Shown here piece by piece: positions 34,201 to 49,891 of a DNA stretch of 64,000 bases (its first letter is position 1; each line of letters opens with the position of its first letter). A model generated the notes under the pieces. It had not been told where the DNA came from and searched no databases. It saw nothing but the letters and a program-made list of their open reading frames with translations. The translations under genes were made by a program, and so were the position numbers. Source of the stretch: Balanoglossus misakiensis (Eukaryota > Animalia > Hemichordata); NCBI GenBank assembly GCA_040954595.2, contig CM082581.2, positions 620,001-684,000 on the forward strand, read 5' to 3'.

Positions 34201-37200
34201 TTTGACAAAAATGGTACATTTTTGAAAAATCATAAAAAATTAACTCTTTTCTTCATTTTCGGAAATATTATGGAGCATGAAGTGTCGTTCTCTTGTAAAA
34301 AGTGCTGCAAATTCCAGAAAAGGCGGTATAATTTGAATCACCCAAGACAAAATTACCATTTTTCGACTTTTTTTTCGAAAAATTGTCTTTTTTTACAAAA
34401 TAAATAAGAATAAATTCTTTTCTTAGTTCCAAACGGGTAGAGATACTTTCCACACGGGTTTTCTAACATTGAATTCCCGTTCATCAACTCAGATTTCCTA
34501 CAAGTCGGCTAAAACCCTGACACTCTAGAACAGAAACAGTTGCACACTGGTAACGTTGAACAAGTCGATTTTTCTACGGCCTGGCTCGGCTAAATCTCCG
34601 TCACAATATGACAGACACTAGCGTACGTTAGCAACGGTGATCAAGTCAGATTTTCTACGGCATGGGTTTGATAAAGCCCCGGCACTCTAGAGCAGAAACA
34701 CGCGTACAGAGACCACGTTGATCAAGTCTGATCTCCTACGGCTTGGCTCGACTAAAACCCCGGCACACTATGACAGACACTAGCGTTCGTTAGCAACGGT
34801 GATCAAGTCAGATTTCCTACGGCATGGCTTGGCTAAAGCCCTGGCACTCTAGAGCAGAAACACGCGTACAGAGACCACGTTGATCTACTCACATTTCCTT
34901 CGGCCTGGCACGGCTGATGCCCCGGCACTATATATAGGACACAAACTGGCGTAAGTTAACAACGGTAATCACGTCGGGTTTCCTACGGCCTGGCTCAGCT
35001 GAAGCCCCGGCACTCTAGAGCAGAAACAGGCGTACATTGACCACGTTGATCAAGTCAGATTTCCTACGGCGTGACTCGGCTGGTGCACCGGCTCTATATG
35101 ACACAGACTGGCGTAAGTTATCAACGGTGATTACGTCGGATTTCCTACGGCCTGGCTCGACTAAAACCCCGGCACACCATGACAGACACTAGCGTTCGTT
35201 AGCAACGGTGATCAAGTCGGATTTCCTACGGCCTGGCTCGACTAAAACCCCGGCACACCATGACAGACTCTAGCGTTCGTTAGCAACGGTGATCAAGTCG
35301 GATTTCCTTCGGCCTGGCTCTCCAAAAGACCCGACACTCTAGTACAAAGACGTTGGCTAAGTCGGGCAAACCGAAGAGGGAAAGTCACAGCGGGTCAACA
35401 CTCGACATTTGTTCCGGTAGGACTGCATTATTGCCTGTCAATTTATAGAGAAAGCCCGAATTTAACCAGGGCGTTTCAAACACCGACGTTAGTTGGGGGC
35501 ACGGCCTGCAGTACTGCCGGGTAAGCTGACATCGGTGTACCGCATATAATGTAGGGGGGGGAACAGAACGGTTCAATACTACATTTATTAGATATCAGCT
35601 AATTTTGGACAATCATCTAAAATCTAAATCATTTTTTCATATTTGGATATCTGATGATGTATGAAATTTCCATTATATGTAAAAATGGTGCTGATTATAA
35701 AAAATGCACTCTGAATGAGCTGATTTAATACAAAATTACGTTTTATTCGTTTTTGCACCTAAAAGGTCATTTTTAGGCAAAACATTCTTTATTTTTTTAA
35801 TTCGGTGACCTGATCATATATAAAGAATTAATTGTATGTTAAAAGTTTTTATGACTTTTAAAAGCAGTGACACTGGCGGCACCAACACGAAAATAACAAT
35901 TTTAGCCACAATTTGGTCAAAATGGAAAATTTTTTCAAAATTACAAAAAATACCTGTTTTCTACATTTTCGGAAATCTGATGGAGTATAGAATGCTCTTC
36001 GTATGTATATATCGATACAAATTCCACAAAAGACCGTCTAATTTGGCTCACTGCAGACAAAATTGCGTTTTACCAAATTTTCCTTGAAAATGTCATTTTT
36101 AGAAAAAAAAAATAAAAAAACCTTTGTTCTACGAATTTGGTGCCCCGATCATATATGACATGTTGATTGTATGTTAAAACTTTCGACCACTCCAAAAATG
36201 CAGAGATATTGACGGAATTCAAGAAAAAATAGCCATGTTGGCCATATTTTGACAAAAATGGTAAATTTTTAAAAAATCATAAAAAATTAACTCTTTTCTT
36301 CATTTTCGGAAATATTATGGAGCATGAAGTGTCGTTCTCTTGTAAAAAGTGCTGCAAATTCCAGAAAAGGCGGTATAATTTGAATCACCCAAGACAAAAT
36401 TACCATTTTCGACTTTTTTTCTAAAGCCCTGGCACTCTAGAGCAGAAACACGCGTACAGAGACCACGTTGATCTACTCACATTTCCTTCGGCCTGGCACG
36501 GCTGATGCCCCGGCACTATATATAGGACACAAACTGGCGTAAGTTAACAACGGTAATCACGTCGGGTTTCCTACGGCCTGGCTCAGCTGAAGCCCCGGCA
36601 CTCTAGAGCAGAAACAGGCGTACATTGACCACGTTGATCAAGTCAGATTTCCTACGGCGTGACTCGGCTGGTGCACCGGCTCTATATGACACAGACTGGC
36701 GTAAGTTATCAACGGTGATTACGTCGGATTTCCTACGGCCTGGCTCGACTAAAACCCCGGCACACCATGACAGACACTAGCGTTCGTTAGCAACGGTGAT
36801 CAAGTCGGATTTCCTACGGCCTGGCTCGACTAAAACCCCGGCACACCATGACAGACTCTAGCGTTCGTTAGCAACGGTGATCAAGTCGGATTTCCTTCGG
36901 CCTGGCTCTCCAAAAGACCCGACACTCTAGTACAAAGACGTTGGCTAAGTCGGGCAAACCGAAGAGGGAAAGTCACAGCGGGTCAACACTCGACATTTGT
37001 TCCGGTAGGACTGCATTATTGCCTGTCAATTTATAGAGAAAGCCCGAATTTAACCAGGGCGTTTCAAACACCGACGTTAGTTGGGGGCACGGCCTGCAGT
37101 ACTGCCGGGTAAGCTGACATCGGTGTACCGCATATAATGTAGGGGGGGGAACAGAACGGTTCAATACTACATTTATTAGATATCAGCTAATTTTGGACAA

Positions 37201-40200
37201 TCATCTAAAATCTAAATCATTTTTTCATATTTGGATATCTGATGATGTATGAAATTTCCATTATATGTAAAAATGGTGCTGATTATAAAAAATGCACTCT
37301 GAATGAGCTGATTTAATACAAAATTACGTTTTATTCGTTTTTGCACCTAAAAGGTCATTTTTAGGCAAAACATTCTTTATTTTTTTAATTCGGTGACCTG
37401 ATCATATATAAAGAATTAATTGTATGTTAAAAGTTTTTATGACTTTTAAAAGCAGTGACACTGGCGGCACCAACACGAAAATAACAATTTTAGCCACAAT
37501 TTGGTCAAAATGGAAAATTTTTTCAAAATTACAAAAAATACCTGTTTTCTACATTTTCGGAAATCTGATGGAGTATAGAATGCTCTTCGTATGTATATAT
37601 CGATACAAATTCCACAAAAGACCGTCTAATTTGGCTCACTGCAGACAAAATTGCGTTTTACCAAATTTTCCTTGAAAATGTCATTTTTAGAAAAAAAAAA
37701 TAAAAAAACCTTTGTTCTACGAATTTGGTGCCCCGATCATATATGACATGTTGATTGTATGTTAAAACTTTCGACCACTCCAAAAATGCAGAGATATTGA
37801 CGGAATTCAAGAAAAAATAGCCATGTTGGCCATATTTTGACAAAAATGGTAAATTTTTAAAAAATCATAAAAAATTAACTCTTTTCTTCATTTTCGGAAA
37901 TATTATGGAGCATGAAGTGTCGTTCTCTTGTAAAAAGTGCTGCAAATTCCAGAAAAGGCGGTATAATTTGAATCACCCAAGACAAAATTACCATTTTCGA
38001 CTTTTTTTCGAAACATTGTCTTTTTCACAAAATAAATAAGAATAAATTCTTTTCTTAGTTCCAAACGGGTAGAGATACTTTCCACACGGGTTTTCTAACA
38101 TTGAATTCCCGTTCATCAACTCAGATTTCCTACAAGTCGGCTAAAACCCTGACACTCTAGAGCAGAAACAGTTGCACACTGGTAACGTTGAACAAGTCGA
38201 TTTTTTTACAGCCTGGCTCGGCTAAATCTCCGTCACAATATGACAGACACTAGCGTACGTTAGCAACGGTGATCAAGTCAGATTTTCTACGGCATGGCTT
38301 GGATAAAGCCCCGGCACTCTAGAGCAGAAACACGCGTACAGAGACCACGTTGATCAAGTCTGATCTCCTACGGCTTGGCTCGACTAAAAACCCCGGCACA
38401 CTATGACAGACACTAGCGTTCGTTAGCAACGTTGATCAAGACAGATTTCCTACGGCATGGCTTTGCTAAAGCCCTGACACTCTAGAGCAGAAACATGAGT
38501 ACAGAGACCACGTTGATCTACTCACATTTCCTTCGGCCTGGCACGGCTGATGCCCCGGCACTATATATAGGACACAGACTGGCGTTAGTTAACAACGGTA
38601 ATCACGTCGGGTTTCCTACGGCCTGGCTCAGTTGAAGCCCCGGCACTCTAGAGCAGAAACAGGCGTACATTGACCACGTTGATCAAGTCAGATTTCCTAC
38701 GGCGTGACTCGGCTGGTGCACCGGCTCTATATGACACAGACTGTCGTAAGTTATCAACGGTGATTACGTCGGATTTCCTACGGCCTGGTTTAGCTGAAAC
38801 CCCGGCACTTTAGAGCGGAAACACGCTTACATAGACCACGATGATCAAGTCAGATCTCGTACGGCCTGGCTCGACTAAAACCCCGGCACACCATGACAGA
38901 CACTAGCGTTCGTTAGCAACGGTGATCAAGTCGGATCGGAACGGTTCAATACTAAATTTATTAGAAATCAGCTAATTTTGGACAATCATCTAAAATCTAA
39001 ATCATTTTTTCATATTTGGATATCTGATGATGTAGGAAATTTCCATTATATGTAAAAATGGTGCTGATTATAAAAAATGCACTCTGAATGAGCTGATTTA
39101 ATACAAAATTACGTTTTATTCGTTTTTGCACCTAAAAGGTCATTTTTAGGCAAAACATTCTTTATTTTTTTAATTCGGTGACCTGATCATATATAAAGAA
39201 TTACTTGTATGTTAAAAGTTTTTATGACTTTTAAAAGCAGTGACACTGGCGGCACCAACACGAAAATAACAATTTTAGCCACAATTTGGTCAAAATGGAA
39301 AATTTTTTCAAAATTACAAAAAATACCTGTTTTCTACATTTTCGGAAATCTGATGGAGTTTAGAATGCTCTTCGTATGTATATATCGATACAAATTCCAC
39401 AAAAGACCGTCTAATTTGGCTCACTGCAGACAAAATTGCGTTTTACCAAATTTTCCTTGAAAATGTCATTTTTAGAAAAAAAAATAAAAAAACCTTTGTT
39501 CTACGAATTTGGTGCCCCGATCATATATGACATGTTGATTGTATGTTAAAACTTTCGACCACTCCAAAAATGCAGAGATATTGACGGAATTCAAGAAAAA
39601 ATAGCCATGTTGGCCATATTTTGACAAAAATGGTAAATTTTTAAATAATCATAAAAAATTAACTCTTTTCTTCATTTTCGGAAATATTATGGAGCATGAA
39701 GTGTCGTTCTCTTGTAAAAAGTGCTGCAAATTCCAGAAAAGGCGGTATAATTTGAATCACCCAAGACAAAATTACCATTTTCGACTTTTTTTCGAAAAAT
39801 TGTCTTTTTTACAAAATAAATTAGAATAAATTCTTTTCTTAGTTTCAAACGGGTAGAGATACTTTCCACACGGGTTTTCTAACATTGAATTCCCGTTCAT
39901 CAACTCAGATTTCCTACAGCATAAGTCGGCTAAAACCCTGACACTCTAGAGCAGAAACAGTTGCACACTGGTAACGTTGAACAAGTCGATTTTTTTACAG
40001 CCTGGCTCGGCTAAATCTCCGTCACAATATGACAGACACTAGCGTACGTTAGCAACGGTGATCAAGTCAGATTTTCTACGGCATGGCTTGGATAAAGCCC
40101 CGGCACTCTAGAGAAGAAACACGCGTACAGAGACCACGTTGATCAAGTCTGATCTCCTACGGCTTGGCTCGACTAAAAACCCCGGCACACTATGACAGAC

Positions 40201-43200
40201 ACTAGCGTTCGTTAGCAACGTTGATCAAGACAGATTTCCTACGGCATGGCTTTGCTAAAGCCCTGACACTCTAGAGCAGAAACACGAGTACAGAGACCAC
40301 GTTGATCTACTCACATTTCCTTCGGCCTGGCCAGGCTGATGCCCCGGCACTATATATAGGACACAGACTGGCGTAAGTTAACAACGGTAATCACGTCGGG
40401 TTTCCTACGGCCTGGCTCAGCTGAAGCCCCGGCACTCTAGAGCAGAAACAGGCGTACATTGACCACGTTGATCAAGTCAGATTTCCTACAGCGTGACTCG
40501 GCTGGTGCACCGGCTCTATATGACACAGACTGTCGTAAGTTATCAACGGTGATTACGTCGGATTTCCTACGGCCTGGTTTAGCTGAAACCCCGGCACTTT
40601 AGAGCGGAAACACGCTTACATAGACCACGATGATCAAGTCAGATCTCGTACGGCCTGGCTCGACTAAAACCCCGGCACACCATGACAGACACTAGCGTTC
40701 GTTAGCAACGGTGATCAAGTCGGATTTCCATCGGCCTGGCTCTGCAAAAGACCCGACACTCTAGTACAAAGACGTTGGCTAAGTCGGGCAAACCGAAGAG
40801 GGAAAGTCACAGCGGGTCAACACTCGACATTTGTTCGGGTAGGACTGCATTATTGCCTGCCAATTTATAGAGAAAGCCCGAATTTAACCAGGGCGTTTCA
40901 AACACCTACGTTAGTTGGGGGCACGGCCTGCAGTACTGCCGGGTAAGCTGACATCGGTGTACCGCATATAATGTAGGGGGGGGGGAAACAGAACGGTTCA
41001 ATACTACATTTATTAGATATCAGCTAATTTTGGACAATCATCTAAAATCTAAATCATTTTTTCATATTTGGATATCTGATGATGTATGAAATTTCCATTA
41101 TATGTAAAAATGGTGCTGATTATAAAAAATGCACTCTGAATGAGCTGATTTAATACAAAATTACGTTTTATTCGTTTTTGCACCTAAAAGGTCATTTTTA
41201 GGCAAAACATTCTTTATTTTTTTAATTCGGTGACCTGATCATATATAAAGAATTACTTGTATGTTAAAAGTTTTTATGACTTTTAAAAGCAGTGACACTG
41301 GCGGCACCAACACGAAAATAACAATTTTAGCCACAATTTGGTCAAAATGGAAAATTTTTTCAAAATTACAAAAAATACCTGTTTTCTACATTTTCGGAAA
41401 TCTGATGGAGTATAGAATGCTCTTCGTATGTATATATCGATACAAATTCCACAAAAGACCGTCTAATTTGGCTCACTGCAGACAAAATTTCGTTTTACCA
41501 AATTTTCCTTGAAAATGTCATTTTTAGAAAAAAAAATAAAAAAACCTTTGTTCTACGAATTTGGTGCCCCGATCATATATGACATGTTGATTGTATGTTA
41601 AAACTTTCGACCACTCCATAAATGCAGAGATATTGACGGAATTCAAGAAAAAATAGCCATGTTGGCCATATTTTGACAAAAATGGTAAATTTTTAAAAAA
41701 TCATAAAAAATAACTCTTTTCTTCATTTTCGGAAATATTATGGAGCATGAAGTGTCGTTCTCTTGTAAAAAGTGCTGCAAATTCCAGAAAAGGTGGTATA
41801 ATTTGAATCACACATGACAAAATTACCATTTTCGCCTTTTTTTCTCGAAAAATTGTCTTTTTTACAAAATAAATAAAAATAAATTCCTTTCTTAGTTTCA
41901 AACGGGTAGAGACACTTTCCACACGGGTTGTCTAACATTGAATTCCCGTTCATCAGCTCTGATTTCCTACAGCATAAATCGGCTAAAACCCTGACACTCT
42001 AGAGCAGAAACAGTTGCACACTGGTAACGTTGAACAAGTCGATTTTTTTACAGCCTGGCTCGGCTAAATCTCCGTCACAATATGTCAGACACTAGCGTAC
42101 GTTAGCAACGGTGATCAAGTCAGATTTTCTACGGCATGGCTTGGATAAAGCCCCGGCACTCTAGAGCAGAAACACGCGTACAGAGACCACGTTGATCAAG
42201 TCTGATCTCCTACGGCTTGGCTCGACTAAAAACCCCGGCACACTATGACAGACACTAGCGTTCGTTAGCAACGTTGATCAAGACAGATTTCCTACGGCAT
42301 GGCTTTGCTAAAGCCCTGGCACTCTAGTGCAGAAACACGAGTACAGAGACCACGTTGATCTACTCACATTTCCTTCGGCCTGGCACGGCTGATGCCCCGG
42401 CACTATATATAGGACACAGACTGGCGTAAGTTAACAACGGTAATCACGTCGGGTTTCCTACGGCCTGGCTCAGCTGAAGCCCCGGCACTCTAGAGCAGAA
42501 ACAGGCGAACATTGACCACGTTGATCAAGTCAGATTTCCTACGGCGTGACTCGGCTGGTGCACCGGCTCTATATGACACAGACTGTCGTAAGTTATCAAC
42601 GGTGATTACGTCGGATTTCCTACGGCCTGGTTTAGCTGAAACCCCGGCACTTTTGAGCGGAAACACGCTTACATAGACCACGATGATCAAGTCAGATCTC
42701 GTACGGCCTGGCTCGACTAAAACCCCGGCACACCATGACAGACACTAGCGTTCGTTAGCAACGGTGATCAAGTCGGATTTCCATCGGCCTGGCTCTGCAA
42801 AAGACCCGACACTCTAGTACAAAGACGTTGGCTAAGTCGGGCAAACCGAAGAGGGAAAGTCACAGCGGGTCAACACTCGACATTTGTTCGGGTAGGACTG
42901 CATTATTGCCTGTCAATTTATAGAGAAAGCCCGAATTTAACCAGGGCGTTTCAAACACCGACGTTAGTTGGGGGCACGGCCTGCAGTACTGCCGGGTAAG
43001 CTGACATCGGCGTACCGCATATAATGTAGGGGGAGGGGGGGGGAACAGAACGGTTCAATACTACATTTATTAGATATCAGCTAATTTTGGACAATCATCT
43101 AAAATCTAAATCATTTTTTCATATTTGGATATCTGATGATGTATGAAATTTCCATTATATGTAAAAATGGTGCTGATTATAAAAAATGCACTCTGAATGA

Positions 43201-46200
43201 GCTGATTTAATACAAAATTGCGTTTTATTCGTTTTTGCACCAAAAAGGTCATTTTTAGGCAAAACATTCTTCATTTTTATAATTCGGTGACCTGATCATA
43301 TATAAACAATTGCTTGTATGTTGAAAGTTTTTATGACTTTTAAAAGCAGTGACACTGGCGGCATTCAACACGAAAATAACAATTTTAGCCACAATTTGGT
43401 CAAAATGGTAAATTTTTGAAAATTACAAAAATTACATGTTTTCTACATTTTCGGAAATCTGATGGAGTATAGAATGCTCTTCGTATGTATATATCGATAC
43501 AAATTCCACAAAAGACCGTCTAATTTGGCTCACTGCAGACAAAATTGCGTTTTACCAAATTTTCCTTGAAAATGTCATTTTTAGAAAAAAAAACAAAAAA
43601 ACCTTTGTTCATCGAATGTGGTGCCCTGATCATATATGACATGTTGATTGTATGTTGAAACTTTCGACCACTCCAAAAATGCAGAGATATTGACGGAATT
43701 CAAGAAAAAATAGCCATTTTGGCCATATTTTGACAAAAATGGTAAATTTTTAAAAAATCATAAAAAATTAACTCTTTTCTTCATTTTCGGAAATATAATG
43801 GAGCATGAAGTGTCGTTCTCTTGTAAAAAGTGCTGCAAATTCCAGAAAAGGCGGTATAATTTGAATCACCCAAGACAAAATTACCATTTTCGACTTTTTT
43901 TCGAAAAATTGTCTTTTTTACAAAATAAATAAGAATACATTCTTTTCTTAGTTTCAAACGGGTAGAGATACTTTCCACGGGTTTTCTAACAATGAATTCC
44001 CGTTCATCAACTCAGATTTCCTACAGCATAAGTCGGCTAAAACCCTGACACTCTAGAGCAGAAACAGTTGCACAAATGTTAACGTTGAACAAGTCGATTT
44101 TTCTACGGCCTGGCTCGGCTAAATCTCCGTCACAATATGACAGACACTAGCGTACGTTAGCAACGGTGATCAAGTCAGATTTTCTACGGCATGGCTTGGA
44201 TAAAGCCCCGGCACTCTAGAGCAGAAACACGCGTACAGAGACCACGTTGATCAAGTCTGATCTCCTACGGCTTGGCTCGACTAAAACCCCGGCACACTAT
44301 GACAGACACTAGCGTTCATTAGCAACGTTGATCAAGTCAGATTTCCTACGGCCTGGCTCAACTAAAACCCCGGCACACCATGACAGACACTAGCGTTCGT
44401 TAGCAACGTTGATCAAGACAGATTTCCTAAAGCCCTGACACTCTAGAGCAGAAACACGAGTACAGAGACCACGTTGATCTACTCACATTTCCTTCGGCCT
44501 GGCACGGCTGATGCCCCGGCACTATATATAGGACACAGACTGGCGTAAGTTAACAACGGTAATCACGTCGGGTTTCCTACGGCCTGGCTCAGCTGAAGCC
44601 CCGGCACTCTAGAGCAGAAACAGGCGTACATTGACCACGTTGATCAAGTCAGATTTCCTACGGCGTGACTCGGCTGGTGCACCGGCTCTATATGACACAG
44701 ACTGTCGTAAGTTATCAACGGTGATTACGTCGGATTTCCTACGGCCTGGTTTAGCTGAAACCCCGGCACTTTAGAGCGGAAACACGCTTACATAGACCAC
44801 GATGATCAAGTCAGATCTCGTACGGCCTGGCTCGACTAAAACCCCGGCACACCATGACAGACACTAGCGTTCGTTAGCAACGGTGATCAAGTCGGATTTC
44901 CTTCGGCCTGGCTCTGCAAAAGACCCGACACTCTAGTACAAAGACGTTGGCTAAGTCGGGCAAACCGAAGAGGGAAAGTCACAGTGGGTCAACACTCGAC
45001 ATTTGTTCGGGTAGGACTGCATTATTGCCTGTCAATTTATAGAGAAAGCCCGAATTTAACCAGGGCGTTTCAAAAACCGACGTTAGTTGGGGGCACGGCC
45101 TGCAGTACTGCCGGGTAAGCTGACATCGGCGTACCGCATATAATGTAGGGGGGGGGGGACAGAACGGTTCAATACTACATTTATTAGATATCAGCTAATT
45201 TTGGACAATCATCTAAAATCTAAATCATTTTTTCATATTTGGATATCTGATGATGTATGAAATTTCCATTATATGTAAAAATGGTGCTGATTATAAAAAA
45301 TGCACTTTGAATGAGCTGATTTAATACAAAATTACGTTTTATTCGTTTTTGCACCTAAAAGGTCATTTTTAGGCAAAACATTCTTTATTTTTTTAATTCG
45401 GTGACCTGATCATATATAAAGAATTACTTGTATGTTAAAAGTTTTTATGACTTTTAAAAGCAGTGACACTGGCGGCACCAACACGAAAATAACAATTTTA
45501 GCCACAATTTGGTCAAAATGGAAAATTTTTTCAAAATTACAAAAAATACCTGTTTTCTACATTTTCGGAAATATGATGGAGTATAGAATGCTCTTCGTAT
45601 GTATATATCGATACAAATTCCACAAAAGACCGTCTAATTTGGCTCACTGCAGACAAAATTTCGTTTTACCAAATTTTCCTTGAAAATGTCATTTTTAGAA
45701 AAAAAAATAAAAAAACCTTTGTTCTACGAATTTGGTGCCCCGATCATATATGACATGTTGATTGTATGTTAAAACTTTCGACCACTCCAAAAATGCAGAG
45801 ATATTGACGGAATTCAAGAAAAAATAGCCATGTTGGCCATATTTTGACAAAAATGGTAAATTTTTAAAAAATCATAAAAAATAACTCTTTTCTTCATTTT
45901 CGGAAATATTATGGAGCATGAAGTGTCGTTCTCTTGTAAAAAGTGCTGCAAATTCCAGAAAAGGTGGTATAATTTGAATCACACATGACAAAATTACAAT
46001 TTTCGCCTTTTTTTCGAAAAATTGTCTTTTTTACAAAATAAATAAAAATAAATTCCTTTCTTAGTTTCAAACGGGTAGAGACACTTTCCACACGGGTTTT
46101 CTAACATTGAATTCCCGTTCATCAGCTCTGATTTCCTACAGCATAAATCGGCTAAAACCCTGACACTCTAGAGCAGAAACAGTTGCACACTGGTAACGTT

Positions 46201-49200
46201 GAACAAGTCGATTTTTTACAGCCTGGCTCGGCTAAATCTCCGTCACAATATGACAGACACTAGCGTACGTTAGCAACGGTGATCAAGTCAGATTTTCTAC
46301 GGCATGGCTTGGATAAAGCCCCGGCACTCTAGAGCAGAAACACGCGTACAGAGACCACGTTGATCAAGTCTGATCTCCTACGGCTTGGCTCGACTAAAAC
46401 CCCGGCACACTATGACAGACACTAGCGTTCTTTAGCAACGTTGATCAAGACAGATTTCCTACGGCATGGCTTTGCTAAAGCCCTGACACTCTAGAGCAGA
46501 AACACGAGTACAGAGACCACGTTGATCTACTCACATTTCCTTCGGCCTGGCACGGCTGATGCCCCGGCACTATATATAGGACACAGACTGGCGTAAGTTA
46601 ACAACGGTAATCACGTCGGGTTTCCTACGGCCTGGCTCAGCTGAAGCCCCGGCACTCTAGAGCAGAAACAGGCGTACATTGACCACGTTGATCAAGTCAG
46701 ATTTCCTACGGCGTGACTCGGCTGGTGCACCGGCTCTATATGACACAGACTGTCGTAAGTTATCAACGGTGATTACGTCGGATTTCCTACGGCCTGGTTT
46801 AGCTGAAACCCCGGCACTTTAGAGCGGAAACACGCTTACATAGACCACGATGATCAAGTCAGATCTCGTACGGCCTGGCTCGACTAAAACCCCGGCACAC
46901 CATGACAGACACTAGCGTTCGTTAGCAACGGTGATCAAGTAGGATTTCCTTCGGCCTGGCTCTGCAAAAGACCCGACACTCTAGTACAAAGACGTTGGCT
47001 AAGTCGGGCAAACCGAAGAAGGAAAGTCACAGTGGGTCAACACTCGACATTTGGTCGGGTAGGACTGCATTATTGCCTGTCAATTTATAGAGAAAGCCCG
47101 AATTTAACCAGGGCGTTTCGAACACCGTCGTTAGTTGGGGGCACGGCCTGCAGTACTGCCTGGTAAGCTGACATCGGCGTACCGCATATAATGTTGGGGG
47201 GGGGGGGGACAGAACGGTTCAATACTACATTTATTAGATATCAGCTAATTTTGGACAATCATCTAAAATCTAAATCATTTTTTCATATTTGGATATCTGA
47301 TGATGTATGACATTTCCATTATATGTAAAAATGGTGCTGATTATAAAAAATGCATTCTGATTTAATACAAAATTGCGTTTTATTCGTTTTTACACCAAAA
47401 AGGTCATTTTTAGGCAAAACATTCTTTATTTTTTTAATTCGTTGACCTGATCATATATAAACAATTGCTTGTATGTTAAAAGTTTTTATGACTTATAAAA
47501 GCTGTGACACTGGCGGCATTCAACACGAAAATAACAATTTTAGCCACAATTTGGTCAAAATGGTAAATTTTTGAAAATTACAAAAAAACCTGTTTTCTAC
47601 ATTTTCGGAAATCTGATGGAGTATAGAATGCTCTTCGTATGTATATATCGATACAAATTCCACAAAAGACCGTCTAATTTGGCTCACTGCAGACAAAATT
47701 GCGTTTTACCAAATTTTCCTTGAAAATGTCATTTTTAGAAAAACAAATAAAAAAACCTTTGTTCTTCGAATTTGGTGCCCTGATCATATATGACATGTTG
47801 ATTGTATGTTAAAACTTTCGACCACTCCAAAAATGCAGAGATATTGACGGAATTCAAGAAAAAATAGCCATTTTTGGCCATATTTTGACAAAAATGGTAA
47901 ATTTTTAAAAAATCATAAAAAATTAACTCTTTTCTTCATTTTCGGAAATATTATGGAGCATGAAGTGTCGTTCTCTTGTAAAAAGTGCTGCAAATTCCAG
48001 AAAAGGCGGTATAATTTGAATCACCCAAGACAAAATTACAATTTTCGACTTTTTTTTCGAAAAATTGTCTTTTTTACAAAATAAATAAGAATAAATTCTT
48101 TTCTTAGTTTCAAGCGGGTAGAGATACTTTCCACACGGGTTTTCTAACATTGAATTCCCGTTCATCAACTCAGATTTCCTACAGCATAAGTCGGCTAAAA
48201 CCCTGACACTCTAGAGCAGAAACAGTTGCACACTGGTAACGTTGAACAAGTCGATTTTTCTACGGCCTGGCTCGGCTAAATCTCCGTCACAATATGACAG
48301 ACACTAGCGTACGTTAGCAACGGTGATCAAGTCAGATTTTCTACGGCATGGCTTGGATAAAGCCCCGGCACTCTAGAGCAGAAACACGCGTACAGAGACC
48401 ACGTTGATCAAGTCTGATCTCCTACGGCTTGGCTCGACTAAAACCCCGGCACACTATGACAGACACTAGCGTTCGTTAGCAACGTTGATCAAGTCAGATT
48501 TCCTACGGCATGGCTTGGCTAAAGCCCTGGCACTCTAGAGCAGAAACACGCGTACAGAGACCACGTTGATCTACTCACATTTCCTTCGGCCTGGCACGGC
48601 TGATGCCCCGGCACTATATATAGGACACAGACTGGCGTAGGTTAACAACGGTAATCACGTCGGGTTTCCTACGGCCTGGCTCAGCTGAAGCCCCGGCACT
48701 CTAGAGCAGAAACAGGCGTACATTGACCACGTTGATCAAGTCAGATTTCCTACGACGTGACTCAGCTGGTGCACCGGCTCTATATGACACAGACTGGCGT
48801 AAGTTATCAACGGTGATTACGTCGGATTTCCTACGGCCTGGTTTAGCTGAAGCCCCGGCACTTTAGAGCGGAAACACGCGTACATTGACCACGATGATCA
48901 AGTCAGATCTCCTACGCCTGGCTCGACTAAAACCCCGGCACACCATGACAGACACTAGCGTTCGTTAGCAACGGTGATCAAGTCGGATTTCCTTCGGCCT
49001 GGCTCTGCAAAAGACCGGACACTCTAGTACAAAGACGATGGCTAAGTCGGGCAAACCGAAGAGGGAAAGTCACAGCGGGTCAACACTCGACATTTGTTCG
49101 GGTAGGACTGCATTATTGCCTGTCAATTTATAGAGAAAGCCAGAATTTAACCAGGGCGTTTCAAACACCGACGTTAGTTGGGGGCACGGCCTGCAGTACT

Positions 49201-49891
49201 GCCGGGTAAGCTGAAATCGGTGTACCGCATATAATGTAAGGGAGGGGGGGGGGGGGGGAAACGGAACAGTTCATTACTACATTTATTAGATATCAGCTAA
49301 TTTTGGACAATCATCTAAAATCTAAATCATTTTTTCATATTTGGATATCTGATGATGTAGGAAATTTCCATTATATGTAAAATTGGTGCTGATTATAAAA
49401 AATGCACTCTGAATGAGCTGATTTAATACAAAATTGCGTTTTATTCGTTTTTACACCAAAAAGGTCATTTTTAGGCAAAACATTCTTTATTTTTTTTAAT
49501 TCGGTGACCTGATCATATATAAAGAATTGCTTGTATGTTAAAAGTTTTTATGACTTTTAAAAGCAGTGACACTGGCGGCATTCAACACGAAAATAACAAT
49601 TAGGTCGAAATGGTAAATTTTTGAAAATTACAAAAAATACCTGTTTTCTACATTTTCGGAAATCTGATGGAGTATAGAATGCTCTTCGTATGTATATATC
49701 GATACAAATTCCACAAAAGACCGTCTAATTTGGCTCACTGCTGACAAAATTGCGTTTTACCAAATTTTCCTTGAAAATGTCATTTTTAGAAAAAAAAACT
49801 AAAAAAACGTTTGTTCTTCGAATTTGGTGCCCTGATCATATATGACATGTTGATTGTATGTTAAAACTTTCGACCACTCCAAAAATGCAGA
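31274..49891. repeat. Continuation of macrosatellite array (about 10 units, some deleted or partial)
   Basis: Poly-G landmark at ~31563, 33510, 35554, 37142, 40976, 43028, 45147, 47196 and 49240; deleted in the unit at ~38935. Confidence 0.97.
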
